NCBI GenBank assembly: GCA_025655455.1
Contig: JAHXIV010000006.1
Span: 20,045-84,044, forward strand
Length of the DNA stretch: 64,000 nt
Origin: a gamma proteobacterium symbiont of Taylorina sp.
Lineage (GTDB): Bacteria > Pseudomonadota > Gammaproteobacteria > GRL18
Direction of reading: 5' to 3'
Within the stretch, counting starts at the first letter, position 1; each line of letters starts with the position of its first letter. A model generated the notes under the pieces. That model did not search any database and was not told where the DNA came from. It saw only the letters and a program-made list of their open reading frames with translations. Positions 11,301 to 21,570 of this stretch are shown piece after piece. A program made the position numbers and the translations under genes.

Positions 11301-11727
11301 AGCGACTGTTTATTGTGGTTCAGCTGTGACAACTCAGGGCTTATTTTTTAATAAAAAAACAATGAAAGTTGAATCTGTTTCATTATTGCCTGTTGCAGAA
11401 GAAAATGAGGCTGTCACTTTATTGGAACAGTTAATACAGGCCTGGCAAACAGGCTTATGCCAGCCCTCTTTAATACATGCCAGACTGGGTAGAGCCTTAT
11501 TGGAAAAAAACAATCATGCAGACTGCTTTGAAGCTTTAAAAGTTGATCCAAAGCAGAATAGCAGCTGGAATAGTACGATTAAAAGTGGTTTTAATAAAAC
11601 AGGTCTTGATATGGATGATTATTTTTATTGGTTTTATCCCGACACCCCGGCATTGACTTTAGAAATTCATCAGGCATTATTTAATATTTATCAACCGCTC
11701 TATCAGCAATTGCAAGTGATGAAATAA
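8350..11727 (+). CDS. recC: Exodeoxyribonuclease V gamma subunit
   Basis: SNKMEDL start, PMRSIPFKVI, DDRYLFLEAL; operon with recB and recD. Confidence 0.93.
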   Translation: MLIVYPSNKMEDLVQLLKAVQAYRGDSLNDVLLADTILLESKGMQHWLNLKLAEIQGVAMNYQFQMPGSFIWDLARTLLGSDQVPRQSAYRREVLVWRLDAMMCTREFIDNPLCAHACHYWAGDTEQPDLLKRFQLATQLADIFEQYLLFRPDWLSGWEQNKMIADDSSIDTGTEQWQAWLWRQLVLDEPSHPVILQKKTIKAIAEYSGSQLPKQIMIFAINTMAPQTLDFFNALSSRGQCNIHLFYLNPCVEFWGDVKSDKARARQMREQKIEQWLDMSPEFILDKSPAQISNSLLANLGQQGKEFFNLLQDVKGYEISAFDEEFYQEPLADEKPSDTNSTTVLSAVQRDILTLSEPEQSQTFNDQSIVISSSHSELREIQALHDYLLHQLNEHPDWKPQDVVVMCPAIEDYAPYIEAVFRRPWDEDETDDRPRLPCSIADRTLMNAEPLIAVFVELLQLPDSRFEISKILDYLRLPALQAKFGFENSELDTIEWWLQEASVHWGRDTAHKKQLVGLDDANAMFTWQWGLERLLSGFAQSDAQVISSERLLLPHVEGQDALLLGRLMQLLERLKYHAVELCRSRTAQEWQSYLTGLTENFFQVHQEEQAANELIRQVINELVENTAQAKYAKQIDYAVVRNYLQKHFSSPDSANHFLTGQVTFCSMMPMRSIPFKVIAILGLNDGHFPRQNTPMSFDLMAQGQRKPGDRSRRGDDRYLFLEALISARNNLYLSYQGRDIHKNSERQPSLIVKELMNYLTQNYHWKSAIEQPLHPFSKNCYMGKQAGFDPGWKRMIRPGVRRDNCIKLLPLELNEESVRLEHLVRFFDNPLKEFCHHRLNLKFENNELTIEDTEPFVTHALDEYQIRDEFCQAFLDRELNKEQDQESAENLLETIRISYKLGGQLPDSPLSLSSMEQWEDEALIISQAISGQGKITTEDIEVKVGDIQIQTELHWLSKGKQLLLWRPAKRNAKDDMRLWLNHLLATVYCGSAVTTQGLFFNKKTMKVESVSLLPVAEENEAVTLLEQLIQAWQTGLCQPSLIHARLGRALLEKNNHADCFEALKVDPKQNSSWNSTIKSGFNKTGLDMDDYFYWFYPDTPALTLEIHQALFNIYQPLYQQLQVMK

Positions 11728-11729
11728 GC

Positions 11730-14700
11730 ATGACAACTGAAGTAACAGAATCCGTTGACAAACTGGATCCGTCCATTATACCACTGTCAGGTCGTCATTT
11801 AATTGAGGCCAGTGCCGGAACTGGAAAAACCTATAATATCACTCGATTATATCTGCGTCTGTTATTGGAAAAAGAACTGACGGTTCAACAAATTCTTGTC
11901 ATGACTTTTACTAAAGCTGCTACTGAAGAACTACGTGGTCGTATTGACAAGGAATTACGTAATGCCCTGACTCACTGGGGGAATCTGGGCAAACAGGATC
12001 CCTTCTTTAAAGTAATGGAAGATAAATTCCAGAAACAACAGGCAGAGCAGAAACTAAAACCTGCTTTGCTGGAACTGGATGAAGCCGCTATTTATACTAT
12101 CCATGGTTTTTGCAGTCGGGCATTAAGCAGTCAGGCTTTTGCCAGTGGACTGGCGATGGATATCTCAATGGAGTCTGATTGTAGTGAATTATTACTGGAA
12201 TCAGTGCGTGACTGGCTGCGACAAATTAATCAGCGTGAAGCTGAATTTGCATTATTGAAAGAAAAAAACTGGCATAATCCGGAACAATTTCTCAAGCAGT
12301 TCTATAGGGCTCTTAGCAGTTCAGATGCTCTGCAGACACCCGATCCTGAATCTCTGCAAAACTATTTTGAGCATCATATTGATCAAAATCTGGGTGATTT
12401 GTTTAATACTGATAAAATAGAAGTAAAACAAGCACTGGAGCAACAGCAACAGATTATATTTGCAGCTCTGGTGGATGCCCGTAAAGATGAGGATAGACGA
12501 CGGGATGAATGGCAGCAGATCTTATGGTGGCTTGATAAGGAGGATGCTGCAGACTGTCCAAAGGCTCTGGGACAGTTTATTAATGGTAATCGTTATCGGG
12601 GAAATGAACAATTAAAGCAGATATTTGAGCCCTTAAAAGAATTGAAAACCGCTTTTTCAAAACACCTGAAACAATGTCAAAAAGAACTGCAGACACAGAT
12701 CAATAATACTCCGCTCTATCAATTAGCAGCGGCGGGAATTAATACCATTCGCCATCATTTTTCCCATGAGAAAGAACAACAGGCAATAATGGATTTTGAT
12801 GATTTGATTACCTATCTGAGTAAACGGGTGCAGACAACAGCGGGTCAGGATTTAGTGACAGCACTGCGTCAGCAATATCCAGTTGCTCTGGTCGATGAAT
12901 TTCAGGATACCGATCCTGATCAATATGCAATTTTTGATGTTTTATATCCAACTCTGGTTTCAAAACCGAACCAACAATCTGCATTATTTATGATAGGGGA
13001 TCCAAAACAGGCAATTTATGCCTTCAGAGGAGGGGATATATTCACTTATCTGCAAGCACGAAAAGGGGCTGATTACCATTGGTATATGGATACCAACTGG
13101 CGTTCAGTGGCAGGCGTGGTCATGGCTTATAACCATCTTTTCTCAGGGCAGGCTCTGGGAGCCGGTGATAAGGATGTTTTCGGCTATGATATTGCTTATG
13201 AAAATATTCACTATACGCCTGAAGCGGAAGCTGCAAAATTACCGCTTAAAGACAGGTATGAAAAATATTCAGCAATTAATTATTGCTGGTTAAATGATGT
13301 CTCTGATCCCAGCGGTAAAAAAGGGGATATAACAACAGATGACTGGCGCAGTGGCCTGGCAAAATGGTGTGTGATCGAAATCAGTCGTTTACTGGTACAG
13401 GCTGAACTGGATGAAAAACCGCTGCAGGAAAAACATATTGCTATTTTAGTACGCACCGGCACAGAAGCTCAGTTAATGCGTAATGCATTGACGGAATCAG
13501 GCTTTCCTTCAGTGTATCTGAGTGATAAAGAAAGCATATTTAATAGTCAACAGGCCGGTGAATTATTACGGGTTCTTAAAGGCATATTAGAAGCAGAAAA
13601 TAACGTATTGCTTATTGCAGCATTATCAACTTGTTTAATGGGCGGAAATGCAGCAAAACTGGCACTCTATCATGAAAAAGGCTCTGAGCAGGCATGGGAA
13701 AAAAAACGTGATCGAGCGATAGCCTTACGTGATATCTGGTTGAAAAAAGGTTGTATGACGATGTTGATGCAATTGATAACTCATGATTATCAGCCTGAAC
13801 CGTCACAGCATGAGCGATCTCTGACTAATATGATTCATCTGGCAGAATTATTACAGCAGGCCTCCAGACAATATAAACATCCACAGCAATTGTTGAAATG
13901 GTTTACCGATCAATGTCAAGTTGACAATCAGCAGGATGAAGCGCAATTGCGTCTGGAAAGTGATGCCAATTTGATCCGTATTGTGACCTTACATGGTTCA
14001 AAAGGTCTGGAATATCCTATTGTATTCATTCCTTTTGCCAGTGCCTATAAAGATCCGGTACGTTTTGGCAACACGTTGAACGAACATTTCAAATATCATG
14101 ATGTCACAAGTGGTCAGATAAAACAGCAAATTGGCCAAAGTGAAGAAGCCATTAAACTGGTGACAGCAGAAGGTGAGGCTGAGACTATTCGCTTGTTATA
14201 TGTGGCTGTTACTCGTGCTGCACAGCGTTGCTATCTGGGTATAGCACCCATGAAAAACAGCTTTAAATCACCACTAGGATTAAGCTTAAAACTTTCTGAG
14301 AATAGTCAATGGGAAGCAGTATTACAAGAGCTGGTTAAAAGCAGTGACGGCAGCAGCAAGTTTTTTAAGATTGATGATAAAGAGCAAATATCAGTACATT
14401 GTCCAGCAAAAGAGAATGAGGACTTATTGATATTGTCACAGCTTAATCATGCGATTGATGAGCGCTGGGCACTCAGTTCTTTTTCTGCATTGACACGAGA
14501 TTCCTATTCGCTGCGCCAGGAACAAAAAGATCGTCTGGATGAAAGCGTAGAAACGACAGCTAAAGCTTCGCCTGATCAATCATTACGTTTTTCTTTACGA
14601 AAAGGAGCTGATAGCGGAAATTTACTGCATGATATTCTGGAGCAGACAAACTTTAAAGCAACATGTGACTGGCCTTTAGATGCACCATTGCGTCGTTTTG

Positions 14701-15326
14701 GTGGTTTACAGGAAAATGAGAAAATTGAGCTGGTGCAATGGCTGCAGGAATGTCTTGATGCATGGCTGCCGGGTATTGGTTTAGAAAGTGAGCCATTTAG
14801 ATTATCTGATCTGAACTGGTCTCAGACAATAAGAGAAACAGAATTCTATTTTCCTGTGCAGGAGTTGCAGATAGAATCTCTCAATGCCTGCCTGCAAGCC
14901 CATCGAGGTGATAAGCAGGTGGTCAATTTACCTGAGATGGGGCAATTAACAGGTATGATGCGGGGATTTATTGATCTGATATTTGAACATAAGGGGCGTT
15001 TTTATGTGGCTGATTATAAATCAACCCATCTGGGCGATCAGCTCAGGGATTACCACTGGCAGGCATTAAAAGACAATAATCAGCGTCACTATTATGATTT
15101 ACAATATTTAATCTATAGTCTGGCACTGCATCGTTATTTATCAGAAAGAATAGCTGATTATGATGCTAAATTACATTTTGGCGGAGTCTACTACCTTTAT
15201 CTGCGCGGTATGAATACACAGTCAGATGAGTATTACGGTATCTACCATAGTGTGATTGATGTGTCTTTATTACATCAGCTGGATCAGATATTTCAGGGTA
15301 AAATAATGATGGAAAACAGCACATGA
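11730..15326 (+). CDS. recB: Exodeoxyribonuclease V beta subunit
   Basis: IEASAGTGKT, LVDEFQDTD, IGDPKQAIY, GFIDL...DYKS nuclease motif. Confidence 0.95.
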   Translation: MTTEVTESVDKLDPSIIPLSGRHLIEASAGTGKTYNITRLYLRLLLEKELTVQQILVMTFTKAATEELRGRIDKELRNALTHWGNLGKQDPFFKVMEDKFQKQQAEQKLKPALLELDEAAIYTIHGFCSRALSSQAFASGLAMDISMESDCSELLLESVRDWLRQINQREAEFALLKEKNWHNPEQFLKQFYRALSSSDALQTPDPESLQNYFEHHIDQNLGDLFNTDKIEVKQALEQQQQIIFAALVDARKDEDRRRDEWQQILWWLDKEDAADCPKALGQFINGNRYRGNEQLKQIFEPLKELKTAFSKHLKQCQKELQTQINNTPLYQLAAAGINTIRHHFSHEKEQQAIMDFDDLITYLSKRVQTTAGQDLVTALRQQYPVALVDEFQDTDPDQYAIFDVLYPTLVSKPNQQSALFMIGDPKQAIYAFRGGDIFTYLQARKGADYHWYMDTNWRSVAGVVMAYNHLFSGQALGAGDKDVFGYDIAYENIHYTPEAEAAKLPLKDRYEKYSAINYCWLNDVSDPSGKKGDITTDDWRSGLAKWCVIEISRLLVQAELDEKPLQEKHIAILVRTGTEAQLMRNALTESGFPSVYLSDKESIFNSQQAGELLRVLKGILEAENNVLLIAALSTCLMGGNAAKLALYHEKGSEQAWEKKRDRAIALRDIWLKKGCMTMLMQLITHDYQPEPSQHERSLTNMIHLAELLQQASRQYKHPQQLLKWFTDQCQVDNQQDEAQLRLESDANLIRIVTLHGSKGLEYPIVFIPFASAYKDPVRFGNTLNEHFKYHDVTSGQIKQQIGQSEEAIKLVTAEGEAETIRLLYVAVTRAAQRCYLGIAPMKNSFKSPLGLSLKLSENSQWEAVLQELVKSSDGSSKFFKIDDKEQISVHCPAKENEDLLILSQLNHAIDERWALSSFSALTRDSYSLRQEQKDRLDESVETTAKASPDQSLRFSLRKGADSGNLLHDILEQTNFKATCDWPLDAPLRRFGGLQENEKIELVQWLQECLDAWLPGIGLESEPFRLSDLNWSQTIRETEFYFPVQELQIESLNACLQAHRGDKQVVNLPEMGQLTGMMRGFIDLIFEHKGRFYVADYKSTHLGDQLRDYHWQALKDNNQRHYYDLQYLIYSLALHRYLSERIADYDAKLHFGGVYYLYLRGMNTQSDEYYGIYHSVIDVSLLHQLDQIFQGKIMMENST

Positions 15327-17182
15327 TTTACTCTGATAGTCATGCCTGCCAGCAACAGCTTAACAGCATTGAAGCGATTGATTATTTTATGGCTCGTCAG
15401 CTGACAGCTGAACTTGGACAAGCAGATAATAGACTATTATTTCATTTAATACTGGCATTGCAGTGGTCACTGCGGCAGGGGCATTCCTGTCTGCCATTAA
15501 ACGAGGTTATGGATAAAACGTACTGGCTTGATCCTGAAAAGGGACAAAGCGGCTATTATTTTCCATCATTGACTGAGATAAAGCGATGTCTTGATGATTT
15601 GAACATCAGCGCTGATGATAATACTGCCATAGTTTTTGATAATCAGATGCTTTATTTGAGACGATACTGGCAATTTGAAGTAGAAATTGCCAGGGCATTA
15701 AAAGAACGCCTGAACCTGACTGTATTAAATTCAAAACAACAGTCAAAAGCAAAAGCCGTCTTTTCCAGCTTGTTTCCCCCAAATCTGTCTGATACTAAAA
15801 CAGATTGGCAACAAGTGGCGGCTGCCAATGCGCCCGGACGGCGTTTAAGTATTATCTCCGGTGGTCCGGGAACGGGGAAAACCTACACTGTGACCCGTTT
15901 ATTAGCAGTATTGCAGGCGGTTCATGATGGACAATTAAAAATACTGATGGCTGCACCAACGGGTAAAGCTGCGCAGCGTTTAAAAGAATCAATTGCTGAT
16001 GCAAAAGTTGCTTTAAAAACAAACAATATTAATGATGCTATTATTCGTTCCATTCCTGAAGATGCCTGCACTTTGCATCGCTTACTGGGTTTTCGGCCTC
16101 AGAGTCTCAAATTAGTTCATGATAGCAAACACCCGTTAAAATGTGATGTCCTGCTGATTGATGAAGTATCAATGATTGACCTGGCAATGATGGCTCGTGT
16201 ACTTCGTGCCTTGCCTGATACATCGATATTAATTTTATTGGGTGATGCTGATCAATTGCCCTCTGTTGAAACAGGCAATCTACTGGCAGATTTAACTTGT
16301 CAACAGCATTCTGGCTATCTTGTTGAGGCGGTAGGGCAGATTCAGTCTATTAGTGGTCAGAAAGTCCTGCAAAACAAGGATTCTCATTACAGCCATTTAA
16401 CACTATTAAAGCAAAGTCGACGTTATGGAAGAGGGGAAATTTCTGCACTTGCGATTGAGGTGATCAATGCTGAGGCACAGTTAAGCTGGAAAAGATTGAT
16501 GCAAAATAAACAAAAAATAATATCTCCTGAATATCATGAAAAAGAACAGTTGAGCTATTTTCCTGATTCACTATTCGAATCCTGGTTAACTCAAGTCTGT
16601 GAATATTATTTTTTAAAAATTTCCACTGCAGATGATTTATCAGCCGCTTTTTTTGCTCTGGCCTCCTTTCGTATTCTGGTGTCCAAACGTGCAGGAAGGA
16701 GAGGTGTTGAACAACTGAATCAAGCTATTGAGCAGAGATTATATCACCAAAATAAAGCCATCCATCCGGGCAAAAACTACCAGGGACGTCCCGTTATGGT
16801 GACCCGAAATAGTTATTCAACAAATTTATTCAATGGAGATATTGGATTAATATGGCCTGATGACAATGGCAAACTGGCTGCGTGGTTTGAAAAGGAAGAG
16901 GGAACTTTTCGTCATATCAATCTATCTCGATTACCATCAATTGAAACTGTTTACAGCATGACTATTCATAAAACCCAGGGATCTGAATTTAACCATGTAG
17001 CGATAGTTTTGCCACAGCAGGTATCTGCTTTATTAAGTCCTGAACTTCTTTATACTGGTTTGACCCGGACAAAAGAACATTGTTATATTATTACTAGTGA
17101 GCCAATCTGGAAGGCTGCATTAGGTGAGCGAACAAGGCGATTTTCCGGATTGAAATGTCGCCTTGCCGCTATTTTGAAATAA
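15323..17182 (+). CDS. recD: Exodeoxyribonuclease V alpha subunit
   Basis: GGPGTGKT, IDEVSMID, MTIHKTQGSEF. Confidence 0.95.
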   Translation: MIYSDSHACQQQLNSIEAIDYFMARQLTAELGQADNRLLFHLILALQWSLRQGHSCLPLNEVMDKTYWLDPEKGQSGYYFPSLTEIKRCLDDLNISADDNTAIVFDNQMLYLRRYWQFEVEIARALKERLNLTVLNSKQQSKAKAVFSSLFPPNLSDTKTDWQQVAAANAPGRRLSIISGGPGTGKTYTVTRLLAVLQAVHDGQLKILMAAPTGKAAQRLKESIADAKVALKTNNINDAIIRSIPEDACTLHRLLGFRPQSLKLVHDSKHPLKCDVLLIDEVSMIDLAMMARVLRALPDTSILILLGDADQLPSVETGNLLADLTCQQHSGYLVEAVGQIQSISGQKVLQNKDSHYSHLTLLKQSRRYGRGEISALAIEVINAEAQLSWKRLMQNKQKIISPEYHEKEQLSYFPDSLFESWLTQVCEYYFLKISTADDLSAAFFALASFRILVSKRAGRRGVEQLNQAIEQRLYHQNKAIHPGKNYQGRPVMVTRNSYSTNLFNGDIGLIWPDDNGKLAAWFEKEEGTFRHINLSRLPSIETVYSMTIHKTQGSEFNHVAIVLPQQVSALLSPELLYTGLTRTKEHCYIITSEPIWKAALGERTRRFSGLKCRLAAILK

Positions 17183-17249
17183 GATTTTCTGCCTACCTGT
17201 GTATATGTGAATTAATCTCAAATACATCAATAGGGCATTAAACAATAAA

Positions 17250-17696
17250 ATGGAGTCTAGAATAATGCAATATATATTATCTGCCACTACAACGATAATT
17301 TTGATGGTTTGTTTAAGCAACATATCAGTTGCAGAGAATGATACCAGACAACTGGTTAATTTCCCGGAAATGATGCAACAGCATATGATGGCAAATATGC
17401 GTGATCATCTCGCTGCAATTAATGAGATCCTGATATACTTGAGCAGTGATGAAATGGATAAGGCGGCAGAAATTGCCGAAAATCGTTTGGGAATGAGTGC
17501 AATGGGTTTACACGGGGCAAAACATCAGGCTAAATTTATGCCCGAAGGAATGCGCGGGTTCGGTACCAATATGCATCATGCTGCCAGTCGTTTTGCATTG
17601 AAAGCTGAAGAAGGTGAGCCATTAGCTGCCTATCAGTCACTTCAGGAAGTAACCAGTGCTTGTGTTGCTTGTCATGCAGCTTATCGAGTATATTAA
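17250..17696 (+). CDS. Periplasmic class II (cytochrome c'-like) monoheme cytochrome
   Basis: Signal peptide; C-terminal CVACH; helical and Met-rich. Confidence 0.75.
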   Translation: MESRIMQYILSATTTIILMVCLSNISVAENDTRQLVNFPEMMQQHMMANMRDHLAAINEILIYLSSDEMDKAAEIAENRLGMSAMGLHGAKHQAKFMPEGMRGFGTNMHHAASRFALKAEEGEPLAAYQSLQEVTSACVACHAAYRVY

Positions 17697-17744
17697 GCTT
17701 AAAATGAAAACTGCTTGCATGGATGCAGGAGGTAGAGCTGGATT

Positions 17745-17770
17745 AGATTTCTATTCTCGAACAAGCTCCT
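17745..17770 (+). mobile_element. Isolated end of the MITE at 23161-23322
   Basis: agatttctattctcgaacaagctcct vs agactttctattctcggacaggctcct (1 gap, 2 mismatches). Confidence 0.65.
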
Positions 17771-17772
17771 GT

Positions 17773-18726
17773 CTATTTCTCTTCCTCTTGTTCTATTGCA
17801 TCTAACTCTGCTTCCATTTCTTCATCAGTCATGGCTTTATAGCGAGGCTCGTCAACATCAGGTTCTTTTTTTTCAGTTGATGTGGTATTTTCACTGCTTG
17901 AAGATTTGTCTTTTTTAGTTGAGGAGTCATCATTATTTTTTTCATCTTCTTCCTCTTCCTCTTCCTCTCTGGTTTTTCTATTGCCGATAATACGAGAAAA
18001 AATAATACCTAATTCAAATAATAACCAGACAGGAATAGCCAGTAGTGTTTGTGAAATGATATCAGGAGGCGTTAATAACATACCAATGACAAATGATCCT
18101 ACAATGACATAGGGACGCTTTTCAGCCAGTTTGTCTGCATTGGTTACACCGGTTAAAGTCAGTACAATGGTGACAATAGGTACTTCAAAAGCCAGACCAA
18201 AGGCGAAAAACATTTTTAGAATAAAATCCAGGTACTGGCTGATATCTGTCATCATCGCAACACCTTCCGGTGTGGTTGCGGTAAAAAAGGCAAACATTAA
18301 CGGGAATACGACATAAAAAGAAAAAACAATACCGCCATAGAACAAGATGACACTGGAAGCCATCAGTGGTAATGCCAGGCGTTTTTCATGCTTATATAAG
18401 CCCGGGGCAACAAATGACCAGAATTGATAAAAAATATATGGGATAGCAATAAAAATTGAAGCAACCAGACTGAGTTTAAATGGAGTTAAAAAAGGGGCGG
18501 CAACTCCGGTTGCAATCATGGTGCTGCCATCAGGGAGTTGTTCTAATAATGGTTGAGCAACCAGGTGATAAAGATCATTGGCAAAGAAAAATAAAACCAC
18601 AAAAATAGCAATAACGAGAATAACAATTCTTAAAACTCTATCACGCAGTTCAATTAAATGAGCCATGAATGGCTGTTCATGCTCCATTTGTGAATGGCTC
18701 TGTTCGTTATCTAATGAGTCGCTCAT
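17773..18726 (-). CDS. tatC: Tat translocase subunit TatC with long acidic tail
   Basis: HLIELRDR start, LTPPDIISQ. Confidence 0.95.
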   Translation of the reverse strand: MSDSLDNEQSHSQMEHEQPFMAHLIELRDRVLRIVILVIAIFVVLFFFANDLYHLVAQPLLEQLPDGSTMIATGVAAPFLTPFKLSLVASIFIAIPYIFYQFWSFVAPGLYKHEKRLALPLMASSVILFYGGIVFSFYVVFPLMFAFFTATTPEGVAMMTDISQYLDFILKMFFAFGLAFEVPIVTIVLTLTGVTNADKLAEKRPYVIVGSFVIGMLLTPPDIISQTLLAIPVWLLFELGIIFSRIIGNRKTREEEEEEEDEKNNDDSSTKKDKSSSSENTTSTEKKEPDVDEPRYKAMTDEEMEAELDAIEQEEEK

Positions 18727-19127
18727 GTTGTCTCTCGTGGTTTAGAATTTTCTTCAGAGCGATTACTTTTTTTCTCTACACTTTTTATTTCATTATCTAT
18801 CTCATTTTCCAACTCATCAATTTCCAGCAGATCATCCATGTTGACATCTTTTTTAATAGATTCTGTTTCAGATTCTATAGATGATTTCATCGTGTTGGAA
18901 GCGGCTTTAAACTCGTCAGCCAGTTTTTGCTGTTCTTCTAAAATCTTTTTAAGATCTTCATCTTTAAGTTCTTTATTAATATCGTCTTTTACATTAGCGA
19001 TAAAACGATTAGCACGACCTACCCATTTTCCAACCGTACGCGCAACTGCAGGCATTCGCTCAGGTCCAATTACCAGTAAGCCAACAATACCAATCAGGGA
19101 AAGTTCCCAAAAGCCAATATCAAACAT
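18723..19127 (-). CDS. tatB: Tat translocase subunit TatB
   Basis: MFDIGFWEL...GPERMP. Confidence 0.95.
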   Translation of the reverse strand: MFDIGFWELSLIGIVGLLVIGPERMPAVARTVGKWVGRANRFIANVKDDINKELKDEDLKKILEEQQKLADEFKAASNTMKSSIESETESIKKDVNMDDLLEIDELENEIDNEIKSVEKKSNRSEENSKPRETT

Positions 19128-19150
19128 AATAAAAAATCAGTCCAAATGAA

Positions 19151-19367
19151 GTTACTTAGAAGTGCCCACAGCCAAAAAAATTGGCACGAATTATTTTAAG
19201 TAACATAAAAATGACTTAAAATAATTTTGTGAACATTTTTTGTTACTCAAGAGTCATTAACCAAAAAAATTGGCTGAAATTATTTTGTATAATATAAAAT
19301 ATTTAAAAATAATACCAGTCAGTTTTGTGTCAATCACAGAGTTATTAACCAATAAAATTAGCTGAGA
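19151..19367. repeat. Three degenerate ~45-bp direct repeats (~90-bp period) between tatA and tatB
   Basis: ccaaaaaaattggc..aattatttt core near 19172 and 19261, more degenerate near 19349. Confidence 0.7.
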
Positions 19368-19379
19368 CCAAAACAAAAA

Positions 19380-19622
19380 TTATACTTGTTCTTTTGTTTT
19401 TTCAACGCTGCCTTCAATTGTAGTACCTGATTTTTCATCTAGCTTACTTTGTGGTTCATCAAAAGTGCTATCACCAGCATTGTTTTCTTCTTCTTTCATC
19501 GCTGTTTTAAAGTTTTTGATTGCACCACCCAGATCACCACCAATATTGCGTAATTTTTTAGCACCAAAAAGAACCAATACAATGGCCAAGATAATTAATA
19601 ATTCAGTTACACCAAATCCCAT
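19380..19622 (-). CDS. tatA: Tat translocase subunit TatA
   Basis: [24 protein letters not shown]. Confidence 0.95.
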   Translation of the reverse strand: MGFGVTELLIILAIVLVLFGAKKLRNIGGDLGGAIKNFKTAMKEEENNAGDSTFDEPQSKLDEKSGTTIEGSVEKTKEQV

Positions 19623-19657
19623 AGGATTCTCCTGTTAAGTAATATAAGTAATTGTGT

Positions 19658-20017
19658 TTAAAAACCGGGCAGATTTGAGCCGCCCAGTAAATGGATGTGA
19701 AGATGAAAAACAACTTGACCACCTTCTTTTCCAGTATTAATAATAGTTCTAAAACCACTGGACAGCCCTTGAGCCTCTGCCAGTTCTGGTAACTTTAACA
19801 TCATGTAGGCAATCAGTTCATTATGTGCATTCTCTTGTGAAGAGTTTTGTGATAAGCCCATTTCAGCCAGGCTTTCGATGTGAACTTTAGGGATCATTAA
19901 CAAATGAATCTCAGCTTTTGGGGCAATATCCTTAAACACCAGAATTTTATCATCCTGATAGACAATATCTGCGGGAATATCCCCTGCAATAATTTTACAA
20001 AAAAGACAGTCACTCAT
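19658..20017 (-). CDS. hinT: HIT-family nucleotide-binding protein
   Basis: DCLFCKI start, HLHIHLLGG triad. Confidence 0.9.
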   Translation of the reverse strand: MSDCLFCKIIAGDIPADIVYQDDKILVFKDIAPKAEIHLLMIPKVHIESLAEMGLSQNSSQENAHNELIAYMMLKLPELAEAQGLSSGFRTIINTGKEGGQVVFHLHIHLLGGSNLPGF

Positions 20018-20019
20018 TA

Positions 20020-20355
20020 TTATTTTCTTCCCGCTTTTTCTTCCAGGCCTGACAAACCAAATCGTCTGGCTAATTCATTGAGTATGTCATCAGGACCTAA
20101 ATCATGATAAGAAAGCATTACCATACTATGGAACCACAGGTCAGCAGTTTCATAAATAATTTCTTCTTTTTTCCCACCCTTTGATGCAATGATTGCTTCA
20201 GTGGCTTCTTCGCCCACTTTTTTCAGGATAGTATCTTGTCCTTTCTGGTGTAATTTTGCAACATAAGAAGTCTCTGGATCAGCTTTTTTTCTTTCTTCTA
20301 ATGTTTGGGCAAGTTGTTCTAAGATATCATGGGACATTTTATTTATAGATCTCAT
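20020..20355 (-). CDS. hisE: Phosphoribosyl-ATP diphosphatase
   Basis: [17 protein letters not shown]. Confidence 0.93.
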   Translation of the reverse strand: MRSINKMSHDILEQLAQTLEERKKADPETSYVAKLHQKGQDTILKKVGEEATEAIIASKGGKKEEIIYETADLWFHSMVMLSYHDLGPDDILNELARRFGLSGLEEKAGRK

Positions 20356-20791
20356 CAGGATTTTTTATCACCGGTTCAACTGCCTTCCAGTATTGTCTGG
20401 TTTTAATGGGGGCTTTGGCCTGTTTTTCAAGGACAGCTTCTCTTTCTTCCAAACGGAAATAGAAACAACTTTCTCTGCCTGTATGGCAGGCTATTCCACC
20501 AATTTGTTCGATGCTGAGCAAAATAACATCTTTATCACAATCAACACGGATTGATTTTATTTTTTGTACATGACCGGACTCTTCACCTTTAGCCCAGATT
20601 TTTTTTCGTGAACGTGACCAGTAAACTGCACGTCCTGTTTCTACACTCATTGCTAAAGATTCCCGGTTCATCCAGGCAAACATCACCACTTTAGCTGTTT
20701 TTTCATCCTGAGCAATGGCCGGGATTAAACCTTTTTCATCCCATTTCAAATCATCAAGCCAGTTTTCACTGTTATCTGCAGCTGGGATCAT
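20339..20791 (-). CDS. hisI: Phosphoribosyl-AMP cyclohydrolase
   Basis: [24 protein letters not shown]. Confidence 0.95.
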   Translation of the reverse strand: MIPAADNSENWLDDLKWDEKGLIPAIAQDEKTAKVVMFAWMNRESLAMSVETGRAVYWSRSRKKIWAKGEESGHVQKIKSIRVDCDKDVILLSIEQIGGIACHTGRESCFYFRLEEREAVLEKQAKAPIKTRQYWKAVEPVIKNPDEIYK

Positions 20792-21561
20792 AACCTCACC
20801 TCAATGCCGCGTTTTGCCATATGCTGTTTTGCTTCGGCGATACTATATTCAGCAAAATGAAAAATACTGGCTGCCAGCACAGCATCGGCATGACCTTCAA
20901 GTACACCTTCTGCAAGATGGTCTAAATTGCCCACACCACCGGATGCAATTACCGGTACTTCAACATTATCACTAATTAGACGGGTTAAAGGTAAATCAAA
21001 ACCGTCTTTAACCCCGTCATTATCCATACTGGTGACTAAAAGTTCACCGGCACCATAGGAAACCATTTTCTTTGACCATTTAATTGCATCAATACCCGTC
21101 GGCTTACGTCCGCCGTGGGTGAAAATTTCCCAGCGCGCTTGTCCATCACGATCTTCTACCTGCTTTGCATCAATGGCAACGACAATACATTGATTACCAA
21201 ATTTTTCAGCTGCTTCACGTACAAAATCAGGATTGGCAACTGCAGCAGAGTTAATCGCTACCTTATCAGCCCCTGCATTAAGCATTAAGCGCACATCATC
21301 AACCGTACGAATGCCACCGCCCACCGTTAAGGGAATAAAAATTTCCCCGGCAACCTGTTCAACCACATGAACAATAGTATCACGCCCCTCATGAGTCGCT
21401 GTAATATCCAGGAAAGTCAGTTCGTCAGCCCCTTCACTATTATAACGCCGAGCAACTTCAACCGGATCACCCGCATCACGAATATCCACAAATTGTACGC
21501 CTTTAACCACCCGTCCTTTATCCACATCAAGACAGGGTATGATTCGTTTTGCTAGTGCCAT
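20788..21561 (-). CDS. hisF: Imidazole glycerol phosphate synthase cyclase subunit
   Basis: [17 protein letters not shown]. Confidence 0.97.
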   Translation of the reverse strand: MALAKRIIPCLDVDKGRVVKGVQFVDIRDAGDPVEVARRYNSEGADELTFLDITATHEGRDTIVHVVEQVAGEIFIPLTVGGGIRTVDDVRLMLNAGADKVAINSAAVANPDFVREAAEKFGNQCIVVAIDAKQVEDRDGQARWEIFTHGGRKPTGIDAIKWSKKMVSYGAGELLVTSMDNDGVKDGFDLPLTRLISDNVEVPVIASGGVGNLDHLAEGVLEGHADAVLAASIFHFAEYSIAEAKQHMAKRGIEVRL

Positions 21562-21570
21562 TGCTGTTCT

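Noticed and set aside
17773-17980. Low-complexity Glu/Ser/Lys-rich TatC tail
   Set aside because: Acidic disordered tails occur in other TatC proteins; no exact DNA repeat unit
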